Below, one piece after another: positions 25,572-35,362 of a DNA stretch of 37,628 bases. The number at the start of each line of letters is the position of its first letter. The first letter of the stretch is position 1. The position numbers were made by a program, and so were the translations under genes. The notes beneath the pieces were generated by a model. The model ran no database searches, was not told the DNA's origin, and was given only the letters and a program-made list of their open reading frames with translations. Source of the stretch: a virus (lineage: Duplodnaviria; Caudoviricetes); IMG/VR virus record IMGVR_UViG_3300020045_013066, positions 1-37,628 of that record; one strand, 5' to 3'.

Positions 25572-26684
25572 TTAAAAAAGTCCGACGTCATCGCCGAAAA
25601 CCGTTTTTTCGAATTGCGTACGTTTTACCGGAATATAGTTTTTCTGTTGTTGCTTCTTCTTATGGGAAATCTGTTCGGATTTCGTAGGTGTCTGAAGGCG
25701 TTTTATTTCCAGACCCACAGTGCGGCCGCCGTCGTTGTCCATTTTATGCGAACTGGATTTTATGTGGTATTTTCCAGATAGTTTTCCCATGCCGTTTAAT
25801 TGGAAATTGTTCCCGGCGACCGCCAGATCGTTTCCTTCCATACTTATACTGCCTTCGAATTGGTTTGTAGCCGCCAGGTGCATTACAGCCTTTGCCTTTG
25901 CTTCGGCCTGTTGTTTGTTTTCGCTGTTGGAATAGTCGATTTCTTCGTCTTCGGATTCACTGTCCGGATATTTATAGCCTTCTTCGTTCTGCCAGTCTGC
26001 GTAAGCCTTGTCGGCTTCGATTTTTTCGTTCTTCTTCGCGCTGCTGTGGACAGATTTCGCCTTTTTAGCGCCGTCGGCCTTGTCTTTTAATGAATACGAA
26101 GACAGATCGGATTTATCAACAGTGAACGATGAACCGCGTTTTTCCAGATCGTACACGGAAGTAAAGGTAATTACTTTGTCGCGGACCGAAAAAACGATTC
26201 CGTACTGGGACGCAATTCGCTTCAGAAATGCCAGATCCGTTTCTTTGTTCTGGGTAGCGCGGCCGATCGTCAATTCCGGGATTTCGCCCGCGATTGTAAG
26301 GCTGTTTTTTTCGGCGACCTTTTCCGCAATTTGCTTCAGTGTCTTATTTTCGTGGGCGTCGGATTTCTTTGTACGAAGCGAAGATTTTATTCCGGTCGCC
26401 ATACCTCGGATCGAAACAACGTCCGGCGGGCCTTTAATTTCCAGTTCGTCGATTTCGAAGACGCCGCACTTCAGTTTCCCGATCGTTACCGTTAATTTTG
26501 CACCCTTTTCCGGGTACCAATTATTTTGCCACAGCGCGTCCACGTCTTCCAGTTCGATTTCTATTTCGTCGGATTCGCCTTCGGTCTTATCGTTGTATGT
26601 AATGGATAGCAGATATTTCCGGACGTCTTCCGTAATATTTTTGTTGTCATATAAGACGCTGAAATCTGCCTTCGCTGCTCTCAT
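25572..26684 (-). CDS. Baseplate hub / late control D family protein
   Basis: LLSITYND..EGESDE.EI.L.D, G.F.IDE.E..GPP, QNKETDLAFLKRIA. Confidence 0.9.
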   Translation of the reverse strand: MRAAKADFSVLYDNKNITEDVRKYLLSITYNDKTEGESDEIEIELEDVDALWQNNWYPEKGAKLTVTIGKLKCGVFEIDELEIKGPPDVVSIRGMATGIKSSLRTKKSDAHENKTLKQIAEKVAEKNSLTIAGEIPELTIGRATQNKETDLAFLKRIASQYGIVFSVRDKVITFTSVYDLEKRGSSFTVDKSDLSSYSLKDKADGAKKAKSVHSSAKKNEKIEADKAYADWQNEEGYKYPDSESEDEEIDYSNSENKQQAEAKAKAVMHLAATNQFEGSISMEGNDLAVAGNNFQLNGMGKLSGKYHIKSSSHKMDNDGGRTVGLEIKRLQTPTKSEQISHKKKQQQKNYIPVKRTQFEKTVFGDDVGLF

Positions 26685-26687
26685 AAA

Positions 26688-26906
26688 TTAACGTTTCCAG
26701 GGCGGAAGAAGTTCCGAATCCAGTTGTATTTCGCTTTGTTCCTGGATTGGTATAATAAGACGTGAGCCCGCAACCAATACAGGCGAAATTACCGTCGCCA
26801 CATTGGCTTCGATAATCCCGTTAACCAGTGTGGCGTCGCCGTATGCCTTAAAAGCCACGGTGTCCCATCGGTCGCCCTCTTTTACTATGTATTCAACAAA
26901 TGCCAT
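26688..26906 (-). CDS. Tail protein X (LysM-like)
   Basis: EGDRWD.VA.KAYGD...IIEAN...LPPWKR. Confidence 0.9.
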   Translation of the reverse strand: MAFVEYIVKEGDRWDTVAFKAYGDATLVNGIIEANVATVISPVLVAGSRLIIPIQEQSEIQLDSELLPPWKR

Positions 26907-27767
26907 TTAGTATCTGCGGATTATTGACTGGTTAGAAATGTCGGTACTGGCTTTTTTAAGTGCGCCTGTACTGTTTTTTAGCTGCGCCACCAGTTGCTTA
27001 AAACTGGTTATGTCGGAAATTGGAAGAACCGCTTTTAAATTCTGCACACTGGTATAGACCGAACCCAACGACGTAAGGATTTCTGGGCTATCGAATCCCG
27101 GAAGCGATCCGTCGAACGCCAGTGCGTCCTGCACCTGCGAAACGTCATTATCGATAGTGTCGAGCACACCGTTAATTTTGTCCGAATAGAACGCGGCCGA
27201 CGCGGGATTCTGATCCACCGCCGCCGTGTACTGTTGCGTAAGTACCGCAGAAGTTTCTATTTTGGAAATATTGGTGCTTACTTCCATTGCAGGTGATAGC
27301 TTCGGCGGCAAAACCGACCGGACATTCGAATTACGCGCAGCCGTGGCGAACGCGTTGTTCTGCGCCTGGCGATTGGCTTCCAGTATTGGGTTATCGTTGT
27401 AGCATTCCAGAAGATCGACCGAAAGTGTAGCTTCGATAATGTTTCCGGAAGGATCCGTAAAGGCCGTGGTTTTCGTGAAAGTCGTAATTACAAAGTTTCC
27501 GACAACGCGGCCGTTACCTAAAATTAGTGGAAGGATTTCGCGGTCCTGCATATAAACCCGAATCGCTTCTATATCGGCTTCAGGATCCGTAAATTCAGAA
27601 TGCAGATACATTTCGAAACTAATCTGGTCGAGTTCGTCGCCCGTGGCCTGCAAACGCGGTTTTCGATTAATCCGGGAATGTTGCGCATAAGTAACCGCGA
27701 AAGTTTCTTCCAAAGAAGTAAACCCCTTCGGACCTTCGAAAATGATTTTTCCTAATTGTGCGTACAT
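26907..27767 (-). CDS. P2 gpU-like tail protein with a C-terminal helical extension
   Basis: MYAQLG.I.FE...YAQH.RI..KPRLQ.TG..LD...LPLILGNG. Confidence 0.85.
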   Translation of the reverse strand: MYAQLGKIIFEGPKGFTSLEETFAVTYAQHSRINRKPRLQATGDELDQISFEMYLHSEFTDPEADIEAIRVYMQDREILPLILGNGRVVGNFVITTFTKTTAFTDPSGNIIEATLSVDLLECYNDNPILEANRQAQNNAFATAARNSNVRSVLPPKLSPAMEVSTNISKIETSAVLTQQYTAAVDQNPASAAFYSDKINGVLDTIDNDVSQVQDALAFDGSLPGFDSPEILTSLGSVYTSVQNLKAVLPISDITSFKQLVAQLKNSTGALKKASTDISNQSIIRRY

Positions 27768-27771
27768 TCCG

Positions 27772-27779
27772 TAAATATA
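27772..27779 (-). promoter_or_regulatory. -7 variant TATATTTA, 4 nt before ATG 27767
   Basis: TATATATTTA-CGGA-ATG. Confidence 0.55.
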
Positions 27780-27788
27780 TAATTTTTA

Positions 27789-29561
27789 TTAATAAGACAG
27801 CCTTTGTTTGCGCGCCCATGCGGATTCAATTTGTCGGATAATTTCCGGAACCAGTTTTTTGATTTCGGAAGCCACTTCGGTTCCGCCACCACCGTTTACG
27901 GTAATAGGAATATTAACAGTCATACCGCCACCAGATCGCCCGCCACCGCTTTTCGGTGCTATACCCTGGCCTAATCCTTTTGCGGCCGCTACGGTTCCGG
28001 GTGTGCCTTTTTGCATTCCCTTCGAAGCGCCTTCGGTTATGTTCACCCCGTAATCCATAAATACTTTGGATGGCGAAGCAATTCCCAGAACGGATTTAAA
28101 AGCGTTTGCGATTCCTTTTCCTGCGGCCTTTACGGTGTCGTAAACCGCAGAAATCTTCTTCTTCAGACCATCGGACAGACTGGACCATATAAGCCCACCC
28201 AGTTTACCGAACCATTCCGGTAATTTAGACCAGATTTTCATAATCCAACCTATAGGACCAACGAAAAGCCAACCCCATTGTTTTATAAAATCGACCGCCT
28301 TCCAGAAAATCGCCTTAATGTCCACCCATAATTTAGCGAAGAAATTCTTCACCTTGTCCCAGTTTTTTACCAGAAGGTAAACGACTGCGATAATCGCAAT
28401 AATAGCGGCCACGATCCATACAACCGGACAGCCATAAAGCGAAGCATTAAAAAGCCACTGTGCGGCCGTGGCTACACCTGAAGCAGTAGCGGAAATGTAT
28501 TTTCCTGCGGCTGCGGCTTTTTCAGCGGCCACGGTGTACCATACAACGGCATTAAGACGAAGTCTTCCGATTTCTTCTTTTGCGTTTGCGAGTGTGGCGC
28601 CGTTCGTCCACAAAATATATGTTTTCTTCATCCAAATAGCGGCCTGTACGGCTTTTACCGCACCACCGAAAACGAAAGACAAAGCGGAAATTCCCAAAGA
28701 CAGAAGCGCAACTTTTCCGATAAGGCTTACCGCAGTTCCCACCAGGCCTTTGTTTTTCTGCGCCCATTCGTTAAACCTATTGGCGGCATCGCCTATCTGT
28801 TTCATTGTTTTTTGCACCTGCGGTAACAGATTCTTCCCCAAAGTTTCGGCAACTTCGGCAAAAGTTACCTTCATTTTAGCGGCAGAAGTCGCGGTCGTGG
28901 CCGCCTGGCCTTTTACCTGCTTTTCTACACGTTCCAGTACATACTGCTGCGCAGCGCCCAAACCTTTAGTGGCCTGTATCTGTTTAATAAGTGGAATGTC
29001 CGATTTGTTCAGCGCACCCGTACGCGCAAGCGCGGTCGCACCTTTTGCCGGATCCTGTAAAGCCTTACCCAATAATACCGCATTCTGGGACGCTTCGCCG
29101 AACCCCGCGGCCTGTAAGTCGTAGGCGGCCGCTGTGGCGCGATTGAATACCCCGGAAGCGCGGGCGCCTTCATCAGAAACCCGTTTAAACGTTGCCAGTT
29201 TCGACTGCACCATTTGAATATCTTCGTCTTCGACGCCGATCTGCATCTGAAGTTTACTGGCGTAGTTTTCGGCAGCGTGCGCCGCATCGTCGTTCGCTTC
29301 GCCCATATCCCGAAACGTTCGTTCCAGTCTGCGGTTTGCGATTTCGCTATCTTCTGCGGCTTTTATGGTAAGTCCTAAACCTGCGGCGATACCCAAACCT
29401 GCGGCACCGGCACCACGGCCAAAAGAAAAAGCCTTATCGCCCAGACCGGACAGCGAAGCGATTTTCTTCTTCGCGCTGTCGGCGGCCGCATTTATAACGC
29501 GGGTAGCTTTGTCGGAAGCAGACAAAATCATCGCTACTTCAAATGTCTTTTTATTTGCCAT
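27789..29561 (-). CDS. Tape measure protein
   Basis: Ala-rich helical 590 aa, LSASDKAT N-terminus, P..WIVAAI...KNWD.VK, LGIASPSKVF; position after the chaperone. Confidence 0.9.
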   Translation of the reverse strand: MANKKTFEVAMILSASDKATRVINAAADSAKKKIASLSGLGDKAFSFGRGAGAAGLGIAAGLGLTIKAAEDSEIANRRLERTFRDMGEANDDAAHAAENYASKLQMQIGVEDEDIQMVQSKLATFKRVSDEGARASGVFNRATAAAYDLQAAGFGEASQNAVLLGKALQDPAKGATALARTGALNKSDIPLIKQIQATKGLGAAQQYVLERVEKQVKGQAATTATSAAKMKVTFAEVAETLGKNLLPQVQKTMKQIGDAANRFNEWAQKNKGLVGTAVSLIGKVALLSLGISALSFVFGGAVKAVQAAIWMKKTYILWTNGATLANAKEEIGRLRLNAVVWYTVAAEKAAAAGKYISATASGVATAAQWLFNASLYGCPVVWIVAAIIAIIAVVYLLVKNWDKVKNFFAKLWVDIKAIFWKAVDFIKQWGWLFVGPIGWIMKIWSKLPEWFGKLGGLIWSSLSDGLKKKISAVYDTVKAAGKGIANAFKSVLGIASPSKVFMDYGVNITEGASKGMQKGTPGTVAAAKGLGQGIAPKSGGGRSGGGMTVNIPITVNGGGGTEVASEIKKLVPEIIRQIESAWARKQRLSY

Positions 29562-29572
29562 ATTTTGGTATT

Positions 29573-29604
29573 AAAAAACCGCAACCGGTATCGGTGCGGT
29601 TTTT
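29573..29604 (-). terminator. Terminator between chaperone and tape measure
   Basis: AAAAACCGCA...TGCGGTTTTT inverted repeat with a U tract. Confidence 0.7.
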
Positions 29605-29607
29605 ATT

Positions 29608-29757
29608 TTAATCTGTTGGATTCATTTTAACGAACAACTTATCGGCTTCATTGAACCAGTAATAAAGATCGTTCCCTTCCATTTCGAATAAATAAGGTAG
29701 CGGCGTATTACTGAAGTGCGCCAGAAACATTAACTGTTCCGGCGTTACATAAAAAAA
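29608..29757 (-). CDS. -1 frameshift extension of the tail assembly chaperone (gpE+E'-like)
   Basis: T7 slippery run at 29751-29757; -1 frame reads YVTPEQLMFLAHFSNTPLPYLFEMEGNDLYYWFNEADKLFVKMNPTD*. Confidence 0.8.
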   Translation of the reverse strand, partial: FFYVTPEQLMFLAHFSNTPLPYLFEMEGNDLYYWFNEADKLFVKMNPTD

Positions 29758-30068
29758 CGGTTCATAGGTTCCATTATCTTAAGATAATCCAACCCGTCCA
29801 GTTCGCCGTATTCTTCTTTTAATAACGTTTTACCGTCAATCGTACAAAGGATGGACGCCATACATTCGTCCAGATCCGATCCGTCTTCCTTCATTAGGCG
29901 TTTTGCCTGCTGAATGTGCTTTCCTTTGAATCGTTTTATTACGCAGTGAGCACCGGAAGGAAGATCGATTTCCATGTAAATATTACGATCTTCTGCGCTT
30001 ATGGCGTTCGGGTTGTTCGAAGCCTGGGTTACAGGCGGCTTTTTTCTGGATGGTTTTGGCTGTTGCAT
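29745..30068 (-). CDS. Tail assembly chaperone (gpE-like)
   Basis: Between tube and tape measure; LPSG...KGKHI..A...ELDG.DY. Confidence 0.8.
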   Translation of the reverse strand: MQQPKPSRKKPPVTQASNNPNAISAEDRNIYMEIDLPSGAHCVIKRFKGKHIQQAKRLMKEDGSDLDECMASILCTIDGKTLLKEEYGELDGLDYLKIMEPMNRFFM

Positions 30069-30098
30069 ATAGTTTTTGGTTTTTGAAATTTAATAGTA

Positions 30099-30617
30099 TT
30101 ATCCGCCGATGTTCGAACGGTATGTGGCGAAAATGTCTACACCGTCAACGCTGTAAATATTTGCCATTGCATCGAATTCTATAACCGCTTCGCCGTCAAT
30201 TTCCAATTTATAGGCTGTACACGTCAGTTTCGAAGTAGCTTCTACGTTGTCGTGTTGCTTATAGTTTCCTGCCGGGAAGTTTTTCGATTGAACCGTAAGG
30301 TATGCAACACACGCAACTTCGGAAACGAGCCCGTCGGAATTGTGGGTTTCCAAAGAAGAACGGACCTGCAACTTCATCGTTTTGCGCGGGTTTGCGAATT
30401 TCTTCAAAACGTCAGCATAGAACGCGTTCCATTTTATTGTAGCTTCCAGTTTGTCGATACCGGAAAACAGTTCGAATTTACCAACCATTCCCAGGGCTTT
30501 ATGTTCCGACATCATAAAAGTAATATCCGGAAGGTTTACTTCTTCGGCTTTTCCTAATTGCGACTGACCGTCGATGTAGACGTTTGCGTTTGTCAATCTG
30601 TTTACCTGTATTCCCAT
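30099..30617 (-). CDS. Major tail tube protein (P2 FII-like)
   Basis: NANVYIDG...G.AEEV.LP...EH.ALGM.G...YKLEIDG...VDGVD. Confidence 0.92.
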   Translation of the reverse strand: MGIQVNRLTNANVYIDGQSQLGKAEEVNLPDITFMMSEHKALGMVGKFELFSGIDKLEATIKWNAFYADVLKKFANPRKTMKLQVRSSLETHNSDGLVSEVACVAYLTVQSKNFPAGNYKQHDNVEATSKLTCTAYKLEIDGEAVIEFDAMANIYSVDGVDIFATYRSNIGG

Positions 30618-32032
30618 TATGCGATCTGTGCTAAAAGATTAATATCTAAGTAAGAAACGAATGTGATGCGTTCGGCCGGTGTTGGTCCCATAAATACCAG
30701 ATTGAACTGCACGTGTCCCGCTGCCAATTCTTCCGGACTGTTATCTGCGGGAATGTAAACACATTTTGAACCAGGCGAACAAGCGCCACGGCCAATAAGC
30801 GTATTAAAGAAACCGTTCACAGTGTCACGGATGGCATCGATAATAGCCTGGTTAAGCGGTTTATCAATAAACTGGAATGCAGCACCTTCTACGGATTCAT
30901 GTACGACGTCGGCCATTCTGGTAATCGGAATGAAGTTTTTAACGCTCGTATCTGTAGGGAATGCCGCAGAACGGTTCCCCCACGTGCGCGGACCTGTACC
31001 GTAACCTGTGTAAATGGTAGTAATTCCGGCTGCGTTTAAAACATTGGCTTCAGATTCCGGATCCGTGTAGTCCGAAACGATCGGGATTTCCGTTCCCAAA
31101 ATATTGTAAATTTCGTGGTTCGATGGAGAAACCCAGTAACCTTCTTCGCGGTCGACACGGGAAATAACACCCGCCATATATGCGCTGTATGGTACAAATA
31201 CGTTTGAATCCGTAGCGGCGTCGTATGCTGTCAAATGCGGAAACAACAAATAAGCCCTGCGCGAAGCAGTCTTAAAGTTGTTAGTTGCGGAAGCAGGTCC
31301 ACGCATAGCCAGGGCACCGGCCAGGGTTGTTCCCAGTGGTGCATCCGGTAAGGAAATAGCGCGGTACTTTTGTGCAACAGACAAAAGTTCGGCGGCCACC
31401 GCAGGTTTTTCCACGAAGAACGGCGAAATTAAAACCTTTGGTTTGAATCCGAAAAGATTGTTAACCAGTTCAAGGCATTTAATACCGGTGCGGGTACTTC
31501 CAGTAACGGTTCCGATAATCTGCGCATCCGTGACGGTTCCTATTGCCAATTTTTTAAACGTGAACTTCAGAACAAGGCCTTCAGAAGCCACAGCCGATAA
31601 GGCCGTAAAGTTTCCGAATTCGTCCAGTCTGTAGTCTACGTCCTGAACACCTGTAAAAGGTGTGGTTCCATCGGTAAGAAAAATCGAAACCGCGCTAACT
31701 GGCGCAGCCGAAAGTTTCAATTTGCCGGCGGTAATTGTTTGCGATTCCAGTGCGACGTTTGCAACGTTCGTAACAGGATCGAAGACGTTAATTACAATAA
31801 CAGTCGCCGGACCTTGTGCGCGAATCGCGGCCAATGACTGCGGAATCGTGAAGCCTGGCAGCGGTTGTCCGAACTGTGCGTCGTTGTTTGTCGATAAACA
31901 CATAATAGGCGTATTCTTATCGCCAATAGGTGCGATTCCAATTAAGGCGATAACGGAAGATTTTACAACCCTAACCGGGCGCCCGCCCTGGTTCACTTCT
32001 ATAACTTCGACGCCGTGTAAATAATCTGTCAT
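30617..32032 (-). CDS. Tail sheath protein (P2 FI-like)
   Basis: YLHGVEVIE, GYWVSPSN, LNAAGITT, WGNRS, PTPAERITF. Confidence 0.95.
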   Translation of the reverse strand: MTDYLHGVEVIEVNQGGRPVRVVKSSVIALIGIAPIGDKNTPIMCLSTNNDAQFGQPLPGFTIPQSLAAIRAQGPATVIVINVFDPVTNVANVALESQTITAGKLKLSAAPVSAVSIFLTDGTTPFTGVQDVDYRLDEFGNFTALSAVASEGLVLKFTFKKLAIGTVTDAQIIGTVTGSTRTGIKCLELVNNLFGFKPKVLISPFFVEKPAVAAELLSVAQKYRAISLPDAPLGTTLAGALAMRGPASATNNFKTASRRAYLLFPHLTAYDAATDSNVFVPYSAYMAGVISRVDREEGYWVSPSNHEIYNILGTEIPIVSDYTDPESEANVLNAAGITTIYTGYGTGPRTWGNRSAAFPTDTSVKNFIPITRMADVVHESVEGAAFQFIDKPLNQAIIDAIRDTVNGFFNTLIGRGACSPGSKCVYIPADNSPEELAAGHVQFNLVFMGPTPAERITFVSYLDINLLAQIA

Positions 32033-32043
32033 AATTCTTATTA

Positions 32044-32571
32044 TTAATTTACGATGTTATCTGGATTCGGAACCACATTAGTTTCGCCGCCAGGAATATC
32101 TATAAAGGTTATTTTTTTAAGTAATGGTGTAATATCTTCTGTATAGTCTTCAACGTGTAACGACGTGGATTGGAATATTATCTGGTATTGCCACATATTA
32201 TCCTTTTTTTCTGCGTCTGGCTGTCCGATTGTGTGATGTTTAGCAACCTGGAAACGTTTACAGCCCTGCGGTGCAAATCCTGTAAATACTTTTTTAAGAA
32301 CGGAAGCAAGTGCGTAAACACCTTTTGGACCGTATAAAAATGTACTTTCTATAAGGATTTGAATAAAAACTTTTTCGTCCTGCGAAATCTGCGCTGTGGA
32401 ATCTGGCGGACTATATTCAGAACCGGCATAAATTACCGTGAATTTTACGTCTGTTGGCTTTGGTTTTTTTCGTTCTGCTTCGTTTTCCGGAAGTCGAACG
32501 ACCGTAATACCCGCAGATAAAAAAGGCTGTAGCCTGGTAACAAATGCTTCCTGAAGTAATTCGTAGTTCAT
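32044..32571 (-). CDS. Tail terminator/completion protein (Gp37-like)
   Basis: V.YAGSEY...Q.E...GVY.L...L..V.TGF.P...WQY; position before the sheath. Confidence 0.7.
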   Translation of the reverse strand: MNYELLQEAFVTRLQPFLSAGITVVRLPENEAERKKPKPTDVKFTVIYAGSEYSPPDSTAQISQDEKVFIQILIESTFLYGPKGVYALASVLKKVFTGFAPQGCKRFQVAKHHTIGQPDAEKKDNMWQYQIIFQSTSLHVEDYTEDITPLLKKITFIDIPGGETNVVPNPDNIVN

Positions 32572-32927
32572 TATGTTTTCATTTCCCTGGACAATCTCGC
32601 GACGAACGTTTCGCCATCGAATTTCGTTTTAACTTCACGAACTGCAAAATAACCGATTCCGGAAATTTCTACGTATTCCAAATTGGATGCGTCCACCCGT
32701 TCTTTGAGCCCTGGAAAAAAATCCGTGCGGTATTCCATAAATGGTTCGTCCGGGTTCCAGGAATCTATACCCGATAATTCCTGCTTTTCCGATGGATCCT
32801 TAAATCCTACGCGGGCAGTCTGGACTAAAACCCCCGATTCGCTGCTTTCCCACGTTGCGTCGTAACCCATTGTTAGCGTAACGACGTCGAACGCTTTTCG
32901 TTTCAGCGAATCAAAGATATTACCCAT
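32571..32927 (-). CDS. Head-tail joining/closure protein
   Basis: Position after DUF2190; beta-rich 118 aa. Confidence 0.65.
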   Translation of the reverse strand: MGNIFDSLKRKAFDVVTLTMGYDATWESSESGVLVQTARVGFKDPSEKQELSGIDSWNPDEPFMEYRTDFFPGLKERVDASNLEYVEISGIGYFAVREVKTKFDGETFVARLSREMKT

Positions 32928-32931
32928 TTCA

Positions 32932-33252
32932 TTATCGCGCTAAAAGAACGTTAACGGTTCCGGCACCATCTGCGGCCGCATCCCAGGCATAACCCAAAAA
33001 TACGTTAGATCCCACGGTCGTTCCCGCTTGTCCGGCGATAACATAGACTTTTGCACCCTGCGTAATCGCACCTGAAGCAACTTTAGGAACGGTATAAACA
33101 CCGCACATATTTACGACAACATCGTCGCCTATTGCGGTTTTACCCGCTGCAATTCCGGCAGTAGCACCTACCGTTACAATATCGCCAGAAGCATAAGCCG
33201 AAGCCGAAGCAGGTACGACAAGTGTTTCGCCTTTTTCTCTAAAATTTGTCAT
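32932..33252 (-). CDS. DUF2190 family capsid cement/decoration protein
   Basis: MTNFREKG.TL...SGDIV.VG...GVY.VPK...GAKVY...GYAW. Confidence 0.9.
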   Translation of the reverse strand: MTNFREKGETLVVPASASAYASGDIVTVGATAGIAAGKTAIGDDVVVNMCGVYTVPKVASGAITQGAKVYVIAGQAGTTVGSNVFLGYAWDAAADGAGTVNVLLAR

Positions 33253-33296
33253 TTGATGTATTTTATTAAATGCGGAAAACCGCTATTATTTTTTAT

Positions 33297-33320
33297 AAGA
33301 AGGGCGACCGTAGCCGCCCT
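33297..33320 (-). terminator. Hairpin/terminator after the capsid gene
   Basis: Minus strand AGGGCGGC-TACG-GTCGCCCT-TCTT. Confidence 0.65.
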
Positions 33321-33330
33321 GTTTTTTTAT

Positions 33331-35358
33331 TTATGCGGGTACTGCACCGTTATTACGGTACAATCCGCGCCAGTCAATCGCTTTGGCGGCGAAAACCGTA
33401 CGCGCTTTAACTTCGATACCATCGATATTGAAGCCTTCGCGTTGCTCGATAAATAATTCTTCTTCACCGTCCAAAAATGCGTATTCTACGGTGTCAATCA
33501 TTGCGGGATCTGCAATAAGGAACCATTCATAATTCTGGATTCGTGGTTCAACAATTACAGTAAGCCCTACCAATGCAGCTACAGGAACATCACCTTGTTT
33601 GGCAGGTGTGTAATTAGAAGACGTCATTTTCATTGCTAAAAATGCGTTTTTCGGTCCAACTACCAAAAATTTAGGCGCAACAGTAATAAAACTGCCGTCC
33701 GGGCCTTTTTGGTTTAAAAATCCCTGGTAAGCGATTGTTAAATTCGCTTCGGACAAAGCGGATCCACCGGCTGTTTGACTGTTTGCGGTTCCTGTAAAGT
33801 TACCGTGCGCAGCCGAAAACAAAGCGTTTCCGTCACCCATCAAAGCGAAACCGCCCGAAAGGATTGTGTTATAAACCAGATTCGACTGCAATTGTGCAGC
33901 TTTGGCCGCGAATGCTTGTGGGATTCTGGTAAAGGCGGACAAATCGTCGTTAATAATGGCTTCCCATGTGATACCGATAATTTTACCGTATTTTGTCAAC
34001 TGGTAAGTTTCGCCAGATTCCGACAATGTGCCGTATTTGTATTCTTCACCTTCGCGCACTTTTTCAAGATCGCCCAGAATTTCAGACAAACGTACACGGG
34101 AAATCGGACGGAAATCGCCGATAGTTGTTCTACGAGCCCACGACATAAAAGTTCTGGCCTGCAAAGCGTACTGTGCAAGTAAAGTCCTGTTTACGGTGTC
34201 AAGTAACAACATAGGAAAGTCGGTCGTGTGGTGTAATCCACGGACGCGGCCGCCTAATGCTGCGGTAGCGATTTCACGCTGCGACATTCCGCGGGTGCTA
34301 TGGTTTCCACGAATAAGCGCTTCTTCTGCGAATCTCAAAAGGCTTTGGCCTTTGAATTCTTCTGCGGCACGAACGTTTTCAACTCCCATAACGGAAGCTG
34401 CATTCGGATCGATACGAAGTACAAGCGCGTTCGTCATTGCTGAACGAATTTTACCTTTTTCTTCGGTTGCCTGGTTGGCGTTCGGTTTAGGGTTAAACGG
34501 ATTCGCTTTTTCCCATTCTGCTAACGCACGCTGTCCAGCGGTTGCCAGATCGATCGTGTCGTCTTCGATTAACGTGTCGGCGAATTCACTGGAAAGTCCA
34601 AGAGCGCGAGTATGCGACCTGATTCCTGCGATTCTTTCACGCTCTAACTTTGCGGCTTCTTTACGCGCTGCTGCTTTTTCTTCTTCAGTCATTTCGATTG
34701 TGTTATCGTTATTATTTAATTCTTCGGGTTGGGTTTCCGTATTAGTATTTTCTGGTTCCACCACTGGTGGAATTTCTGTATTTTCTTCAACTGGCGTAAC
34801 GTCATTAAGTACGACGGCGTGCTGTTCTTCTGCACTTCTTACACGACTATTTAAGTCGGCCTGTACAGGTACGAAGGAAATTTCTGTCGGCATCCAACTA
34901 ATGGCGCGACAGGTTGGAATTTCGTTTTCGGTCCGGGTAACTTCGTATGTAAAAACATCATATCCGACAGAAACACCTGTAACTATTCCATCCTTTACTT
35001 TTTCCATAAGAATTTTATCTTCTTCGGAATTGGAAAAACGCAAACGAGCACGGCCGACAAGACCATCGAGCCAAGCGTCTTCCACAACACCCACGACCGC
35101 TTTTGCGGTTGGTCTCCACTTATCGTGGTTATCCAATACAGGTGCGCCAGATTTTAACCTGGTTAAGTCTACGTGTTCCGGAAGTAAGGAAAGTATTTCG
35201 TTAAACGAACCGAAATCCCAATCGTATGAACGAACGGCGGTTTCTGTTGCAAAAGTAACCTCAACTGTTCGGTTTTCTTCGTTAAAGGTGGCGACGTCAA
35301 CTTTAGCGCGGGTGCGCTGTGTAGGTATCTGTTGGGTAATTTTTTTATCGTCTGCCAT
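33331..35358 (-). CDS. Prohead protease/major capsid protein fusion
   Basis: N-terminal PVLDNH...VSVGY...EISFVPVQAD protease; C-terminal H.TDFP.LL, DFRP, EGEEYKYGT, INDDL, IDWRGL capsid. Confidence 0.95.
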   Translation of the reverse strand: MADDKKITQQIPTQRTRAKVDVATFNEENRTVEVTFATETAVRSYDWDFGSFNEILSLLPEHVDLTRLKSGAPVLDNHDKWRPTAKAVVGVVEDAWLDGLVGRARLRFSNSEEDKILMEKVKDGIVTGVSVGYDVFTYEVTRTENEIPTCRAISWMPTEISFVPVQADLNSRVRSAEEQHAVVLNDVTPVEENTEIPPVVEPENTNTETQPEELNNNDNTIEMTEEEKAAARKEAAKLERERIAGIRSHTRALGLSSEFADTLIEDDTIDLATAGQRALAEWEKANPFNPKPNANQATEEKGKIRSAMTNALVLRIDPNAASVMGVENVRAAEEFKGQSLLRFAEEALIRGNHSTRGMSQREIATAALGGRVRGLHHTTDFPMLLLDTVNRTLLAQYALQARTFMSWARRTTIGDFRPISRVRLSEILGDLEKVREGEEYKYGTLSESGETYQLTKYGKIIGITWEAIINDDLSAFTRIPQAFAAKAAQLQSNLVYNTILSGGFALMGDGNALFSAAHGNFTGTANSQTAGGSALSEANLTIAYQGFLNQKGPDGSFITVAPKFLVVGPKNAFLAMKMTSSNYTPAKQGDVPVAALVGLTVIVEPRIQNYEWFLIADPAMIDTVEYAFLDGEEELFIEQREGFNIDGIEVKARTVFAAKAIDWRGLYRNNGAVPA

Positions 35359-35362
35359 GCTA

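Noticed and set aside
24411-32571. Tailocin/eCIS/T6SS rather than phage
   Set aside because: Portal, capsid, head-joining and replication genes are contiguous with the tail genes
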